64,000 bases of DNA from a virus: the IMG/VR virus record IMGVR_UViG_3300048837_000984, positions 96,001-160,000 of that record, one strand, 5' to 3'. Of the stretch, positions 24,763-34,352 are shown in pieces. The translations under genes and the position numbers were made by a program. Below the pieces are notes generated by a model. The model searched no databases. It had not been told where the DNA came from and worked only from the letters and a program-made list of their open reading frames with translations. How positions within the stretch are numbered: the first letter of the stretch is position 1; every line of letters starts with the position of its first letter.

Positions 24763-26670
24763 TTATTCGTCAAGAAGTACTGATCTCTTTTTCTTTCGAC
24801 TGCCTCCAGTCTTGCCGAACATCTGCGCCTGGAGCATTTCTCCTCCTTGGCGCTGGAGCTGTCGGCGCTTGTCGTCCATGATCGACTTGACGATCGGGTG
24901 GAGACTCGGGTCCTTCTTTTTGAGCTGGATGAGCGTCGAGTCTTTCTGACTCTCCGACATACCCATGATCTGGTTAGCCAGATACTCGGCTCGAGACCAC
25001 TGCTCTTCCGGCGTAGTGGACTGGTGCGGTCCAGTCGGCAAGTTGGCCAGAACATCCTGGTAAGCAGCGCCCGCAGGGCCAGCTGGCTGTCCGCCGGGTC
25101 CTGGCGGAGCCCCGCCACCCTGCTGGGCCGGAGCCCCCTGTTGCTGCGGTGGTGCGGGCGGCTGCATCATCTGTTCCTGGACGCTGGCCTGTTCCATACG
25201 CTCCTGCAGCTCGGCCTCGGACTTCGCCTGGAACTGCTGGTCGTCCATCATGCGGCGAACTTCCTCGCGGTAGTCCAGACCCACCGACTTCATACCGGTC
25301 GAGGGGCTGATCTGTCCGCCAGTCCAGAGCTGCAGCTTGGTCTGCTGCCGTTGCAGGTCGTCAGCGTGCGTGACGCGCGCCATTCTGGCTTTCACCGTCT
25401 CCCACGACAAAAGCTGCGAAATCTGTTTGACGAGGAAACGCAGGAATCCGTTGAAGTTGTGCGGCAGTGTGCTCCAAGAAGCCTCAAAAAGACGAAGGGC
25501 AGCTGGTGCCGCCTGGATCTGGAGACTGCCCTTGTAAAGCTCCACAGGCACGCCAATTGAGTTGAGCAGTGTTTCCATGCCCTGGTCCATAAGCTCTCGA
25601 GGGGCCAACTGCTTGGCGTCACCACCGATGGCCTGGTACTGAACCGGAAACGGTAGCGTGTTCCACTTGGCTGGGTCTTTTCTTCTGTCTCGCAACATGC
25701 GGTGAACATGGGACATGAAGCCGCCCAGGTTCTGGTTAAGCAGCGTATCGCCACCGCGTTCCTTGTCACCCGGGACGGGCGTTATCAGCCGGAACGGGAT
25801 AACGTAGTCCAGGGCGATGGCTTCGTTATAGCGGTGCAGAACCTGGACGTACCAGGCCTGGCGGAAGTTGGACAGGACGCGACTGATACCCCAGCCCCGG
25901 TTGTGGAGGCCAGCCAGAGCGTCCTCACGCATGTGATAGATAACGCCGCGCTCAAAGAGAAGGTGGCGGTTCTCCTTAACAGCCTGGATAACTTCCCAGT
26001 TAGCTCGTTCGAGGTGGTAGAGTCTGCCTTCTTTAATGAGGCGTCGGTAGGTATCCGGGATCTTCCAGATGTAGTCGCAGTCTTCTGTGAGTGGGTCCCA
26101 GAGAAGCTCGATCTCGTGGGGGTTCCACCTCTTAATTTTAAAGTCCGCCTCAGAGCCAGATCGCCGGTCAATGTGATTCCACTTGCCGGAGGTCTTGCAC
26201 TTGGGGCAGGTCGCGCGGAACTCGAAGTTGGACCAGCTGAAAGCGAAGGCCTGGTTAGAGTACACCTCAGCCAAGGGAGCTTCCATGCAGCCCTTGGGGC
26301 AGGCCAAATAGCGACGAAAACCGGGGAGGATACTAGTGAAACTGTTCCCGTAGCATGCGGAGTCTAACCCTATGATGTGTAAGGCGTTACGTATATCGAT
26401 GGTCTCGTCCAGGAAGGTCAGCCACTTATCTCGCTCGTCATCCGAGCAATCCGAAATGTCGATGTCGGTGATGAAGTAGCTAAGGACCCGGTCGATAGCC
26501 TGGCGATACGTACCGTTCGTGCAGAAGAGAAATTCACACCATCGCAAGACGTGCTGGTTTGCCTGCGGCATCGCCAGAGATGCGTAGTCCAGAAAAGGGT
26601 CTGGAAAGTTCTCCGACAAGGAGGACATCCAGCTGCTTCCTGGAGATAGCGAAGTTGACGAGCCGAACAT
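24763..26670 (-). CDS. Portal protein with zinc-ribbon insertion
   Basis: N-terminal FPDPFLDYASLAMP..LRWCEFLF..AIDRVLSYFIT and IKRWNPHEIEL, YHMRE..LAG...GWG, EAIALDYVIPFRLI motifs as in large-myovirus portals; CPKGC...CPKC insert; P/Q-rich tail. Family recalled, not searched. Confidence 0.75.
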   Translation of the reverse strand: MFGSSTSLSPGSSWMSSLSENFPDPFLDYASLAMPQANQHVLRWCEFLFCTNGTYRQAIDRVLSYFITDIDISDCSDDERDKWLTFLDETIDIRNALHIIGLDSACYGNSFTSILPGFRRYLACPKGCMEAPLAEVYSNQAFAFSWSNFEFRATCPKCKTSGKWNHIDRRSGSEADFKIKRWNPHEIELLWDPLTEDCDYIWKIPDTYRRLIKEGRLYHLERANWEVIQAVKENRHLLFERGVIYHMREDALAGLHNRGWGISRVLSNFRQAWYVQVLHRYNEAIALDYVIPFRLITPVPGDKERGGDTLLNQNLGGFMSHVHRMLRDRRKDPAKWNTLPFPVQYQAIGGDAKQLAPRELMDQGMETLLNSIGVPVELYKGSLQIQAAPAALRLFEASWSTLPHNFNGFLRFLVKQISQLLSWETVKARMARVTHADDLQRQQTKLQLWTGGQISPSTGMKSVGLDYREEVRRMMDDQQFQAKSEAELQERMEQASVQEQMMQPPAPPQQQGAPAQQGGGAPPGPGGQPAGPAGAAYQDVLANLPTGPHQSTTPEEQWSRAEYLANQIMGMSESQKDSTLIQLKKKDPSLHPIVKSIMDDKRRQLQRQGGEMLQAQMFGKTGGSRKKKRSVLLDE

Positions 26671-26684
26671 CTGCAGCCTCCGTG

Positions 26685-26843
26685 CTACTGATCTTCCCGG
26701 TTAGACTTCGGAGGTTTCTCCGGTTTTGCGGCCTTTGCCATCTTCTGGTAAACGACGGACTCTTCCAGGTCCTTGGCTTCCTTCTCTGCAGAAGCTTGTT
26801 TGTCGAGCTTAAGGTCCGCATCCTCGACGCCGCGCTTTTCCAT
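26685..26843 (-). CDS. Small 52-aa protein upstream of portal (missed by the ORF track)
   Basis: MEKRGVEDADLKLDKQASAEKEAKDLEESVVYQKMAKAAKPEKPPKSNREDQ; GGAGGAG SD; TAG at 26685. Confidence 0.7.
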   Translation of the reverse strand: MEKRGVEDADLKLDKQASAEKEAKDLEESVVYQKMAKAAKPEKPPKSNREDQ

Positions 26844-26849
26844 TGTAAG

Positions 26850-27617
26850 CTACTCCTCCATGAAACGCTCACGGTCCACAATCAGGATCGAAAACTCATA
26901 GTGCTGGAACTTGAACGTCGTTCCCGAGTAGTAAACCAGATACAGGACATCTGGCTGGCCGTTCTCTCCTTCCACTAGAGCAGCGAACGACTTGGGGTTC
27001 CCATCTTCGTCTTCCAGGACCGGCGGAGTATACCGCGGCGAGTCCTTGCGAGACGTATCCAGGACCAGCACGAGGGCAGACTCGGCCCGGATGACTTGGT
27101 GGTAGTAGGTCGCGATCTGACCAGCGCCAGGCAACTCGAAAGTAACCTTGCGCGGCTGAACCGCCGGTACAGTTGGAGCCACAGCCTTGGTCGCTTCAGC
27201 CATCAGGTGCCTCACTTCTGAAGACGCTTCCTTCTTCACCTTTGCCGGTTCCTCTGTCTGAACCTGGGTTGGTTGGGCGCTGGGGCTGTTCCGCAGCTTC
27301 TGCATCTCAGCGTCGAATTCCTTGTAGGTCTCGATCGCCGCCATCTTGGTGTCTGAGTAGATCTTGTGGTTTTTGGCGATCAACCGCTGCATGATGTGGT
27401 TGTACTTCTCAACTTCCTCAGCTCGGATCAGGATGCAGGGTCCACCGGCCTTGTCAGTCAAGTAAACCACAAAATCTCGCGGCTTCCGGACGTCATACGC
27501 GCTACTGCTGCCGTCCCGAGTGGCATCAGCGATGACAATTCCGTCCAGGCCGGCATAGTCCTGAGCGGTCCGGTAGTTGTTGTAAGCTACCTTTTCCTTA
27601 CGCACGTCGTAACTCAT
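26850..27617 (-). CDS. Hypothetical protein
   Basis: 255 aa; AGGAG SD. Confidence 0.8.
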   Translation of the reverse strand: MSYDVRKEKVAYNNYRTAQDYAGLDGIVIADATRDGSSSAYDVRKPRDFVVYLTDKAGGPCILIRAEEVEKYNHIMQRLIAKNHKIYSDTKMAAIETYKEFDAEMQKLRNSPSAQPTQVQTEEPAKVKKEASSEVRHLMAEATKAVAPTVPAVQPRKVTFELPGAGQIATYYHQVIRAESALVLVLDTSRKDSPRYTPPVLEDEDGNPKSFAALVEGENGQPDVLYLVYYSGTTFKFQHYEFSILIVDRERFMEE

Positions 27618-27669
27618 GTCGTCTCCTGGTTGGTTCTAAGATTATTACACAAACGGACTTGGACAGCCA

Positions 27670-27707
27670 ATAGCTAAAAAAATGACCAGGGCAAGGTGCC
27701 CTGGTCA
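27670..27707 (-). terminator. Intrinsic terminator with TTTTTTAGCTA tail, followed by a sigma70-like promoter
   Basis: TGACCAGGG-CACCTTG-CCCTGGTCA then a T run and AGCTA; then TTGGCT-N17-TAATAA. Confidence 0.7.
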
Positions 27708-27712
27708 AACGG

Positions 27713-28951
27713 TTAGCTGTTGTACATCCACTCAAGCCCCGAAGGGCATCCAGTGAAGTCCCAGAGGGTCTGCCCAGCCAGACCACGCAAGGACTTATCT
27801 CGAACAGCGACCGCTGGTATCCAGACCAGCTCGTCCGAGATTATCGACCGCCGGAAGGCCGACGTCGGCAGCTCGACCACCGCACGGATGGCTTTGGTTG
27901 CCGGCCGCTGTGGGGACGACAAGCTGAAGAATCCCGTTGGGACGGCGTAAACGCCCCCGACCTTCTTCATGCTTGCTGCCCAGAAGTCGGCCACGGCAAA
28001 TTCATATGCCGCGTCGCCAATCTGTGACCGCAGCGCCTCGACGTCGCGGCAGGGCCGAACATTACCAGGGACGGCCTTCCCGATGGTGGCCCAGGCCGGG
28101 AAGTTCGCTGGCCTGCCTTGGCTCAGCCAGGCGTTCACACGACTGACCAGAGCCCGGCGGAATTCCGGGCTCTCTTCCGGCTGCACCGTATCCTCTTCTG
28201 GAAAGAGGAAATAGGTCGCCGGGAAGGGCACGACCTCCGACCAGTTGCTCTGTGTAAGCAACGTTTCGATCTCCATGTGGAGAAGGATGGCTGCCTCCAC
28301 GGACTCTGGGTGGGCCAGGTTCAGCGCCGCCTGGTCTTTGTTCCATCGCCCTTTAGGGGCGAAGTTGGCCATCCTGGCTGCAATCGTGCGGTTTTGCCCG
28401 CCGACGAGAATTTCGCCGGTGGTCTTGTCCGAACCCAGCAGGTGGACCTTAAAGTCCAGTGCGTGGAACGGTCGGCCGGTGTGGCCAACATGACGCCGCG
28501 ACACCAGCGTCACGCACCGGACGTCCTCCAGACCATAAAACCCTCCGATGGGCCAGTTGACACGGGCATGCGCCTTGATCCAGGACATGCTCAGCATGCC
28601 ATAGGACCGACGCTTGATGTCAGCTGGCACAGCGATCACTTGGAACGCGTGCCAGAGGACCAGACGGTCCTCAAGAGACAGCCCGGCCACAAGGGCACGG
28701 AACTGCTCCCGCACCGCCCGGAGCAGCAGCACGGCATCGTCGCCGCGCACCTGGTCCAGGCTGTAACCGCACATGGGGCTTTCGGCCCCGACAACGGTCG
28801 TACGAAGCCCGGTCTCTTCGAAGACCTTGCCTCGGTCGAACTGGCCCAACTTCAGCAGCTTGGACACCTGAACTTCGTCCAACGGCCGGCCGCGCTCAGC
28901 CGCCAGACGGATCGAAGTTGCGAGACCATCGTCCAACATGACTGGATTCAT
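27713..28951 (-). CDS. Hypothetical protein
   Basis: 412 aa; AGGAGG SD; visibly GC-rich codons. Confidence 0.8.
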   Translation of the reverse strand: MNPVMLDDGLATSIRLAAERGRPLDEVQVSKLLKLGQFDRGKVFEETGLRTTVVGAESPMCGYSLDQVRGDDAVLLLRAVREQFRALVAGLSLEDRLVLWHAFQVIAVPADIKRRSYGMLSMSWIKAHARVNWPIGGFYGLEDVRCVTLVSRRHVGHTGRPFHALDFKVHLLGSDKTTGEILVGGQNRTIAARMANFAPKGRWNKDQAALNLAHPESVEAAILLHMEIETLLTQSNWSEVVPFPATYFLFPEEDTVQPEESPEFRRALVSRVNAWLSQGRPANFPAWATIGKAVPGNVRPCRDVEALRSQIGDAAYEFAVADFWAASMKKVGGVYAVPTGFFSLSSPQRPATKAIRAVVELPTSAFRRSIISDELVWIPAVAVRDKSLRGLAGQTLWDFTGCPSGLEWMYNS

Positions 28952-29020
28952 GTTGGTTCCTCCTGGTATATCGGCAGACGTCAGCCGACTGGCTGACTCT
29001 TAATCTGCCGACACGAGACC

Positions 29021-29245
29021 TTAGCGGAACGAGCGCCTTACGGCCTGCTCGTAGACGCTTTGGTCAATAAACAAAATGACCCCCTGGCTTCCCCGGGGGC
29101 CGTTGTCATCGATGATGACCTTGATTTTGCCATCAAGTTTGACAGCTCGCTTAACCTTCCTGCCTTTGTAGACGGAAAGGTCGACCGTATTACCTGTTTC
29201 GGTTACTCCCTGCCCAAGGCCCGAGAGAATACGCAATTGAGGCAT
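29021..29245 (-). CDS. Small hypothetical protein
   Basis: 74 aa. Confidence 0.6.
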   Translation of the reverse strand: MPQLRILSGLGQGVTETGNTVDLSVYKGRKVKRAVKLDGKIKVIIDDNGPRGSQGVILFIDQSVYEQAVRRSFR

Positions 29246-29433
29246 ACGATCGCTCCAGTAACGGCCCAGGCCACAGCGTGGTAGCCCCAGCTACCACTGA
29301 GAACTCCCCACCCGAAGGTAAGGAGAAGCGCCCCCGACACCGGAATGTCCAGGAGCGCGAACTCGACAGAGGGACCAGCAGGGGCTGGCTCCTCATACTT
29401 TCTCGGTTTCCCTTTGAAGTTGTTTTTCCTCAT
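29203..29433 (-). CDS. Small membrane protein
   Basis: Basic N-terminus and two hydrophobic segments; AGGAGG SD. Confidence 0.5.
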   Translation of the reverse strand: MRKNNFKGKPRKYEEPAPAGPSVEFALLDIPVSGALLLTFGWGVLSGSWGYHAVAWAVTGAIVCLNCVFSRALGRE

Positions 29434-29437
29434 GGGA

Positions 29438-29488
29438 AAAAAATCCTCCTAAAGCCCTTTAACGCGCGACGTGTGCGTTAAAGGGCTT
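29438..29488 (-). terminator. Hairpin with downstream U-run
   Basis: AAGCCCTTTAACGC/GCGTTAAAGGGCTT 14-bp stem, followed by TAGGAGGATTTTTTT. Confidence 0.5.
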
Positions 29489-29519
29489 CAGATTAAATTG
29501 ACACGAAAACAGGTTGTTT

Positions 29520-29894
29520 TTAGACCGTGTCTTCGCCTTCTGGCGCAGGAGGTGGTGACGGCGGCGCTTCTTCTTCCAGAAGCTTGGCGTTCAGTTTCTG
29601 GTAGTTCGAATCGATAGAAGAGCCAGATATGCTACCGCTCTCGTCGATCTCACCCGGAACATCTGGTTCGAACAGCGGAATCGGATCCTGCCCGGGAATG
29701 ACCATGAACTTTCGAGCACCACGCGTTAACCGGATAGGTTGCCCGTAGAAAAGGAAAACCTGCACATCATTGTCCGATGTCTCGGCCAAGAGACCCTTGA
29801 CATACGAAGTTAGGTAAAGAAGCGAAGTGAACGACTTCACCGACGCGTAGCCGTTCAGGACAGTGACAGCGGAGTAGCTTTCAGTTTCCGACAT
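29520..29894 (-). CDS. Hypothetical protein (start at MSETES)
   Basis: AGGAG SD; acidic/Pro-rich tail. Confidence 0.65.
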   Translation of the reverse strand: MSETESYSAVTVLNGYASVKSFTSLLYLTSYVKGLLAETSDNDVQVFLFYGQPIRLTRGARKFMVIPGQDPIPLFEPDVPGEIDESGSISGSSIDSNYQKLNAKLLEEEAPPSPPPAPEGEDTV

Positions 29895-30195
29895 CTGTAG
29901 CGTTCTCCTGCGATTCTGGTGGCTCTGGCTCGTCTTCGGCACCTGGTGGGGCCGAGTCAAAACCAGGGTCGACCGGCTTTAACGGTTGAAGGAGAAGTCG
30001 ACCGTCGCTGGCGTTAACTGACAGGATGAAGCTTCGGACGTTGCCGGCCTTACCCTCCACATCCAAGTACGCCACAGTCTTGACCTTCATGCCCTTGACA
30101 AATGATGGGCTAATCAAGACCTCTTCGACCGGCGGCTTGCTGTTGACCTGGACCTCAGTTCCAGGGTCAACCGGTAACGATAGACGAATCTTCAC
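29881..30195 (-). CDS. Hypothetical protein
   Basis: 104 aa; GGAG SD. Confidence 0.65.
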   Translation of the reverse strand: MKIRLSLPVDPGTEVQVNSKPPVEEVLISPSFVKGMKVKTVAYLDVEGKAGNVRSFILSVNASDGRLLLQPLKPVDPGFDSAPPGAEDEPEPPESQENATDVGN

Positions 30196-30814
30196 GGCCT
30201 TCTCCGCGTGTAAGTAGTGATCTTGTGAACTCCAGTGTCCGATTGTCTGGCGCCACCTTCATCAGAACGGGAAAAGCGGGCCACGGCTTTTCGTCCCTGG
30301 AGACAAGAAAGATGCCGTCGTTGGCAGCAACAGTAAATACCTGGATGGCAGCTTCTGGTTTATCATCACCACGAACCAGGTTCTTTTCAATGGCGAGAAC
30401 GTCTGGAATGAAAGCATTCTGCAAAATTGTCGACCAGGCCCTATTTCTCGCTGGATCGACAGCCGAGGTAGCTTGCAGGTGCTTCTTGACCTGGTCCCAC
30501 GAGGCGCGTTCGACTGCCCACAGTCCACTAAGCAAGTCAATAGACGCCGGGGGCAGCGTCGTCCTGGTGCGAAGAAACTGAATGCCGAGATTCACCCACC
30601 CGACCTCGATATCCGGGTTGATCTCCAGAAACTCGTCGAGCGGACTGCGATCCAGACCACCGCAGACGTGGAGGAGAGCGGTCGAGAAGATGACGAAGTC
30701 GTGAGACAGTTCTCTGAGCGTCGCCTTGGGGGACATAATTTTTTTGTTGATGGCATTCAGTGAAATCTTCGGCACGTCTGCCGTTGAGATTCCTTCTTTC
30801 TTGGGTAGTCCCAT
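30167..30814 (-). CDS. Hypothetical protein
   Basis: 215 aa; GAGG SD. Confidence 0.75.
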   Translation of the reverse strand: MGLPKKEGISTADVPKISLNAINKKIMSPKATLRELSHDFVIFSTALLHVCGGLDRSPLDEFLEINPDIEVGWVNLGIQFLRTRTTLPPASIDLLSGLWAVERASWDQVKKHLQATSAVDPARNRAWSTILQNAFIPDVLAIEKNLVRGDDKPEAAIQVFTVAANDGIFLVSRDEKPWPAFPVLMKVAPDNRTLEFTRSLLTRGEGREDSSIVTG

Positions 30815-30880
30815 GTCGCCCTCGCAAAAAAGAAATTCCCGGCCAGAAGGCCGGGAAAGGTGAGGAGAAAACTCAGTTTC

Positions 30881-31393
30881 TTAGCAAGCCGGACTGAAAG
30901 TTCTTCTCCCGTACTCGGCCAAACATACTGCGTCTGCTGCACCGTCGTGGTCTTCGTCATCTAGCCGAATGTCGAAACCTGGATACAGGTTGCGAACAAA
31001 GGCTATCGTCGCTTTCTTATCCTTCGCCGTGCCTTTCAGGACGTTAGCTTTCCAGACTGTCGGCAAGACGGCAAGAATTGGTATGGTCTTCCTGGCTGCG
31101 ACGTAACCGCGTATCTCGCCGAAGTTTCTGAAAAGAGCCGCAGTTGCAAAGACACCGTTTCCTGGAATGAACGGCGGGTGCTCTACAACTACCAGGTCTA
31201 CACCCTCACAGTACTCGTCCAGAACCTTGACCATGTCCGGCAAGTGGACTTCCTTCTTGGCCCTGGCCTTGCCACTTGCCCGTTTGCCAGAAGAGACGTC
31301 GACAGCCGGCATCGGTGTCCACTTTTCTGGCTTGTTGTCACGAAAGAGAACAATAGCTCCCTTGTTACCCGGGTCGATCGCGCAGATCAGCAT
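30881..31393 (-). CDS. ruvC: RuvC-like Holliday junction resolvase
   Basis: AIDPGNKGA, VVVEHP, PTVWK, DKKAT, HDGAADAVCLA. Confidence 0.88.
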   Translation of the reverse strand: MLICAIDPGNKGAIVLFRDNKPEKWTPMPAVDVSSGKRASGKARAKKEVHLPDMVKVLDEYCEGVDLVVVEHPPFIPGNGVFATAALFRNFGEIRGYVAARKTIPILAVLPTVWKANVLKGTAKDKKATIAFVRNLYPGFDIRLDDEDHDGAADAVCLAEYGRRTFSPAC

Positions 31394-32168
31394 CAGTCAG
31401 TTCTCGCATCTTGTTGAACAGAAGATGGGTCACATAAGCGTCAAACCCGGCGTCGTGAGCCTCATTGACATCAAGATCGTGATCAGTAGCCAGATCATAC
31501 TTGGGGATGCAGTGTCGGTCGAGAGACCAGTGTACGCCCTTCAACCGACTGGCGGCGATCCTTTGCGCAAAGCTACGAGGCGTATCACCTTCGCGAACGC
31601 CCATCAAAGCCTGGGAGGCCTTCTCTACCATCCCCGTATCGAAGACCTCGTAATCGTTGAACCTGAAGATACCGCCGAGGGTTCGCTCAAAAGCTTCCTC
31701 AATGAACTTGCAATCGAACTGGTACCCGTTGTGGGTCAAAAAGAACAACCGGTCCTGGCGAGATTTCGTGAGAAGCTTCCAGTACCGGTCTAAGACTACT
31801 TTGGCCGGCTCTCCCGCCGCAACCTTTTCTACAGTGAGCTGGCTCTTGCGTCCTGAAGCCTCCATAGCGCTCGCCAGCTTGCTGATTCTGTTCACCAACC
31901 AGAGTCGATCGGTGGCTGGGTCGTCAAGCCAGTTGATAACGAACGATCCTTTGTCTTGCACTTCCCCGTCGTTAACAAGACAGTGACCGATCTGCCAAAT
32001 CAGATCCGACCTGCGGTCTAGGCCGGTCGTCTCTAGATCGAACACCAGGTAGGAGTTAGGAAAACAGGTAAAGTTCCTGGCGCTCATAAGACTCAGTAGA
32101 TCGGTCACCGTTTTAGCTAACAAGTCAGTCTCCCTGATTACCGGGTTCGGACTGTCCTCTAGCCGCAC
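31365..32168 (-). CDS. DEDDh 3'-5' exonuclease (DnaQ-like)
   Basis: VFDLETTG, THNGYQFD, AHDAGFDA. Confidence 0.92.
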   Translation of the reverse strand: MRLEDSPNPVIRETDLLAKTVTDLLSLMSARNFTCFPNSYLVFDLETTGLDRRSDLIWQIGHCLVNDGEVQDKGSFVINWLDDPATDRLWLVNRISKLASAMEASGRKSQLTVEKVAAGEPAKVVLDRYWKLLTKSRQDRLFFLTHNGYQFDCKFIEEAFERTLGGIFRFNDYEVFDTGMVEKASQALMGVREGDTPRSFAQRIAASRLKGVHWSLDRHCIPKYDLATDHDLDVNEAHDAGFDAYVTHLLFNKMRELTDADLRDRPG

Positions 32169-32616
32169 GGTCTTCTTCCTCGAGAGCCTTCATCAGAGCT
32201 TTACCGGCCGCAGCCAGTTGCTCGACGTCGTAGTTAGTTTCCCCGAGCATGTAGGCGGACCGGACGCCATGATGGAACATTCCGGTTGACACCATGCCCA
32301 GCTTGTAGAAAAACGCCATGACAGCGGCAGGGTGCAAAGTGAACCAGCCGATGTCATGAAGGAGTTTCTGGGGGTCTTTCTGCGCCGGATCCATACACCG
32401 CTCGAGAAAGCGGATGTAGGTCGTCGCGGTAAGGAACAGATCGTACTGAGAGATGCCCTTGTCGCAGAGGAAGGCCTCCATGACAGAGTCCCAGTTTGCC
32501 CTCTCGAAACCACTCATGCAACTCGTCACCATGTGTGACCAGTTGTGAGCGATATCTCGCGCTGGCGACACACGAACTTCGCGCCCGTGGGCGTCTCGCA
32601 TCACAATCTGCGCCAT
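32125..32616 (-). CDS. Hypothetical protein
   Basis: 163 aa; TAATG coupling. Confidence 0.7.
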   Translation of the reverse strand: MAQIVMRDAHGREVRVSPARDIAHNWSHMVTSCMSGFERANWDSVMEAFLCDKGISQYDLFLTATTYIRFLERCMDPAQKDPQKLLHDIGWFTLHPAAVMAFFYKLGMVSTGMFHHGVRSAYMLGETNYDVEQLAAAGKALMKALEEEDRAARGQSEPGNQGD

Positions 32617-32849
32617 TAGCTTCTCCAGAACTCCTCGCTTCGAGCTGCTTCAGGGATACCGAACTCGGCAGCCGTTGGCAGTCGAACGATCTTACGGATA
32701 CGCATTTCCGAACCCAGCTCGGAAATGAGATGGCGACGAGCTTCCGTTTCGCTCGTCGCCACGACGTCAGCTACACCGATGTTGTTCTCTTCGGAATCAA
32801 TCCGGAACACCAATCGGAATAACTTTTCCACACCGTCTCCTTCTCGCAT
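32616..32849 (-). CDS. Small hypothetical protein
   Basis: 77 aa. Confidence 0.6.
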   Translation of the reverse strand: MREGDGVEKLFRLVFRIDSEENNIGVADVVATSETEARRHLISELGSEMRIRKIVRLPTAAEFGIPEAARSEEFWRS

Positions 32850-32940
32850 GATCGCACCTTCATACCAATAATCTGCGACAGAGCGTCGACATTGTCAACA
32901 CCAGATAGCAGATTATAGCGCGCCAAGGTGCAGGGCGCGC

Positions 32941-33498
32941 TTAAACACTCAGAGCCTTGGCCAGAAACAGTCGCAAAGAACCTTGGCGCGCCTCGCCACG
33001 GCCCATCTGGATGAACGTGTAAGGGACTGAAACGCCTTCGCCCGAGCAGTACTCCTGGCGGGTGACCCCCCAATTCGATCCCTCGGGAAGAAACCCAGGA
33101 AAGAAAGTGTCGCCCGCATAATGCGGCTCGACCACAGAAAGGTACAGTCTCTCAGCCAGAGGCATGAAAGCGGTGTACACCTCAGCCCCACCCGCGATCA
33201 TCACCTCGTTGTCGACGCCGCGAAGTTGTTCGGCTAGGTCCAGCGCAGCGTTAACGCTGTGTGTCGGCCAGAGCCTTTCTACATCCGACGGGACAGAAAA
33301 GCCGTTCGTAAGAACGATGGTGTCGCGACCCTCCAACGGCCTGCCGATCGACTCATAAGTTCTTCGACCCATGATCACGGGCTTCCCCAGGGTCAGTTCT
33401 CGGAACCGCTTCAGGTCGTGTGGGATATGCCAAGGGATGCGACCCTGGTTAGCGATCACCAGGTCGCGGGTTAGGGCCGCAATCATCGAAATCTTCAC
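32941..33498 (-). CDS. folA: Dihydrofolate reductase
   Basis: IPWHIPHDLKRFRELTLGKPVIMGRRTYESIGRPLEGR, IAGGAEVY, GDTFFP. Confidence 0.97.
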   Translation of the reverse strand: MKISMIAALTRDLVIANQGRIPWHIPHDLKRFRELTLGKPVIMGRRTYESIGRPLEGRDTIVLTNGFSVPSDVERLWPTHSVNAALDLAEQLRGVDNEVMIAGGAEVYTAFMPLAERLYLSVVEPHYAGDTFFPGFLPEGSNWGVTRQEYCSGEGVSVPYTFIQMGRGEARQGSLRLFLAKALSV

Positions 33499-33509
33499 GG
33501 TTGGGCTCC

Positions 33510-34340
33510 TTAGATAGCCACCGCCCCGACGATGGCCGGGTGCGGGTTGTAACCTTCGAGGCGAAACAGGTTGGAGGTCAGCCCCTCCAGGCTGGTGATG
33601 CGCGGGTCAAGGATCAACCGCGGCAACGGACGTGGCTCCCGGCTCAACTGCTCGCGCACCTGATCGAAGTGGTTCTCGTAGATGTGGGCATCGCCAAAGG
33701 TGTGGATGAACTCGCCCACCTCCAGGCCGGTCACCTGGGCCAGCAGGTGCGTCAACGTGGCATAGCAAGCGATGTTGTACGGCACCCCCAGAAACAGATC
33801 GGCCGAGCGCTGGTACAGCTGGCACGAAAGCCGGCCCTCGGTCACGTCGTACTGCGACATCGTGTGGCAAGCCGGCGGCGCGACCTCCGGCATGTCCGCT
33901 GGGTTCCATGCTGTCAGAATCAGGCGACGACCCGCTCCCGAACGCGGGTCGGCCTTGACGGCATGAATGCCCTCGATAAGTTTCGCGATCTGATCGACCT
34001 GCCCCTGCGGGCCTTCCCAGCGACGCCACTGCTTGCCGTAAACCGGACCAAGTTCGCCCGTCTCCGGATGAGCCCACTCATCCCAGATGGTCACCCCCCG
34101 GGCGCGCAGATCGTTGTTATTTGTGGAGCCCTCGAGGAACCAGAGCAGTTCCTCGACGATGTAACGAAAGTGGATCTTCTTGGTAGTGACGAGCGGGAAG
34201 CCGTCCTGAAGGTCGAATCGCATCTGCCGACCGAAAACGGCCCGCGTGCGCAAATCCTGCCCGTCGGCCGTGCGACCGCGCTGAAACTTCAGCGTGCCGT
34301 TGGTCATCACATCGGCCAGCAGGTCGAGATACTGTTTCAA
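33510..34340 (-). CDS. thyA: Thymidylate synthase
   Basis: FPLVTTKK, LGPVYGKQWR, AWNP, PPACH, YQRSADLFLGVPYNIA, GDAHIYENH. Confidence 0.98.
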   Translation of the reverse strand: MKQYLDLLADVMTNGTLKFQRGRTADGQDLRTRAVFGRQMRFDLQDGFPLVTTKKIHFRYIVEELLWFLEGSTNNNDLRARGVTIWDEWAHPETGELGPVYGKQWRRWEGPQGQVDQIAKLIEGIHAVKADPRSGAGRRLILTAWNPADMPEVAPPACHTMSQYDVTEGRLSCQLYQRSADLFLGVPYNIACYATLTHLLAQVTGLEVGEFIHTFGDAHIYENHFDQVREQLSREPRPLPRLILDPRITSLEGLTSNLFRLEGYNPHPAIVGAVAI

Positions 34341-34352
34341 CGAACTCTCCGT

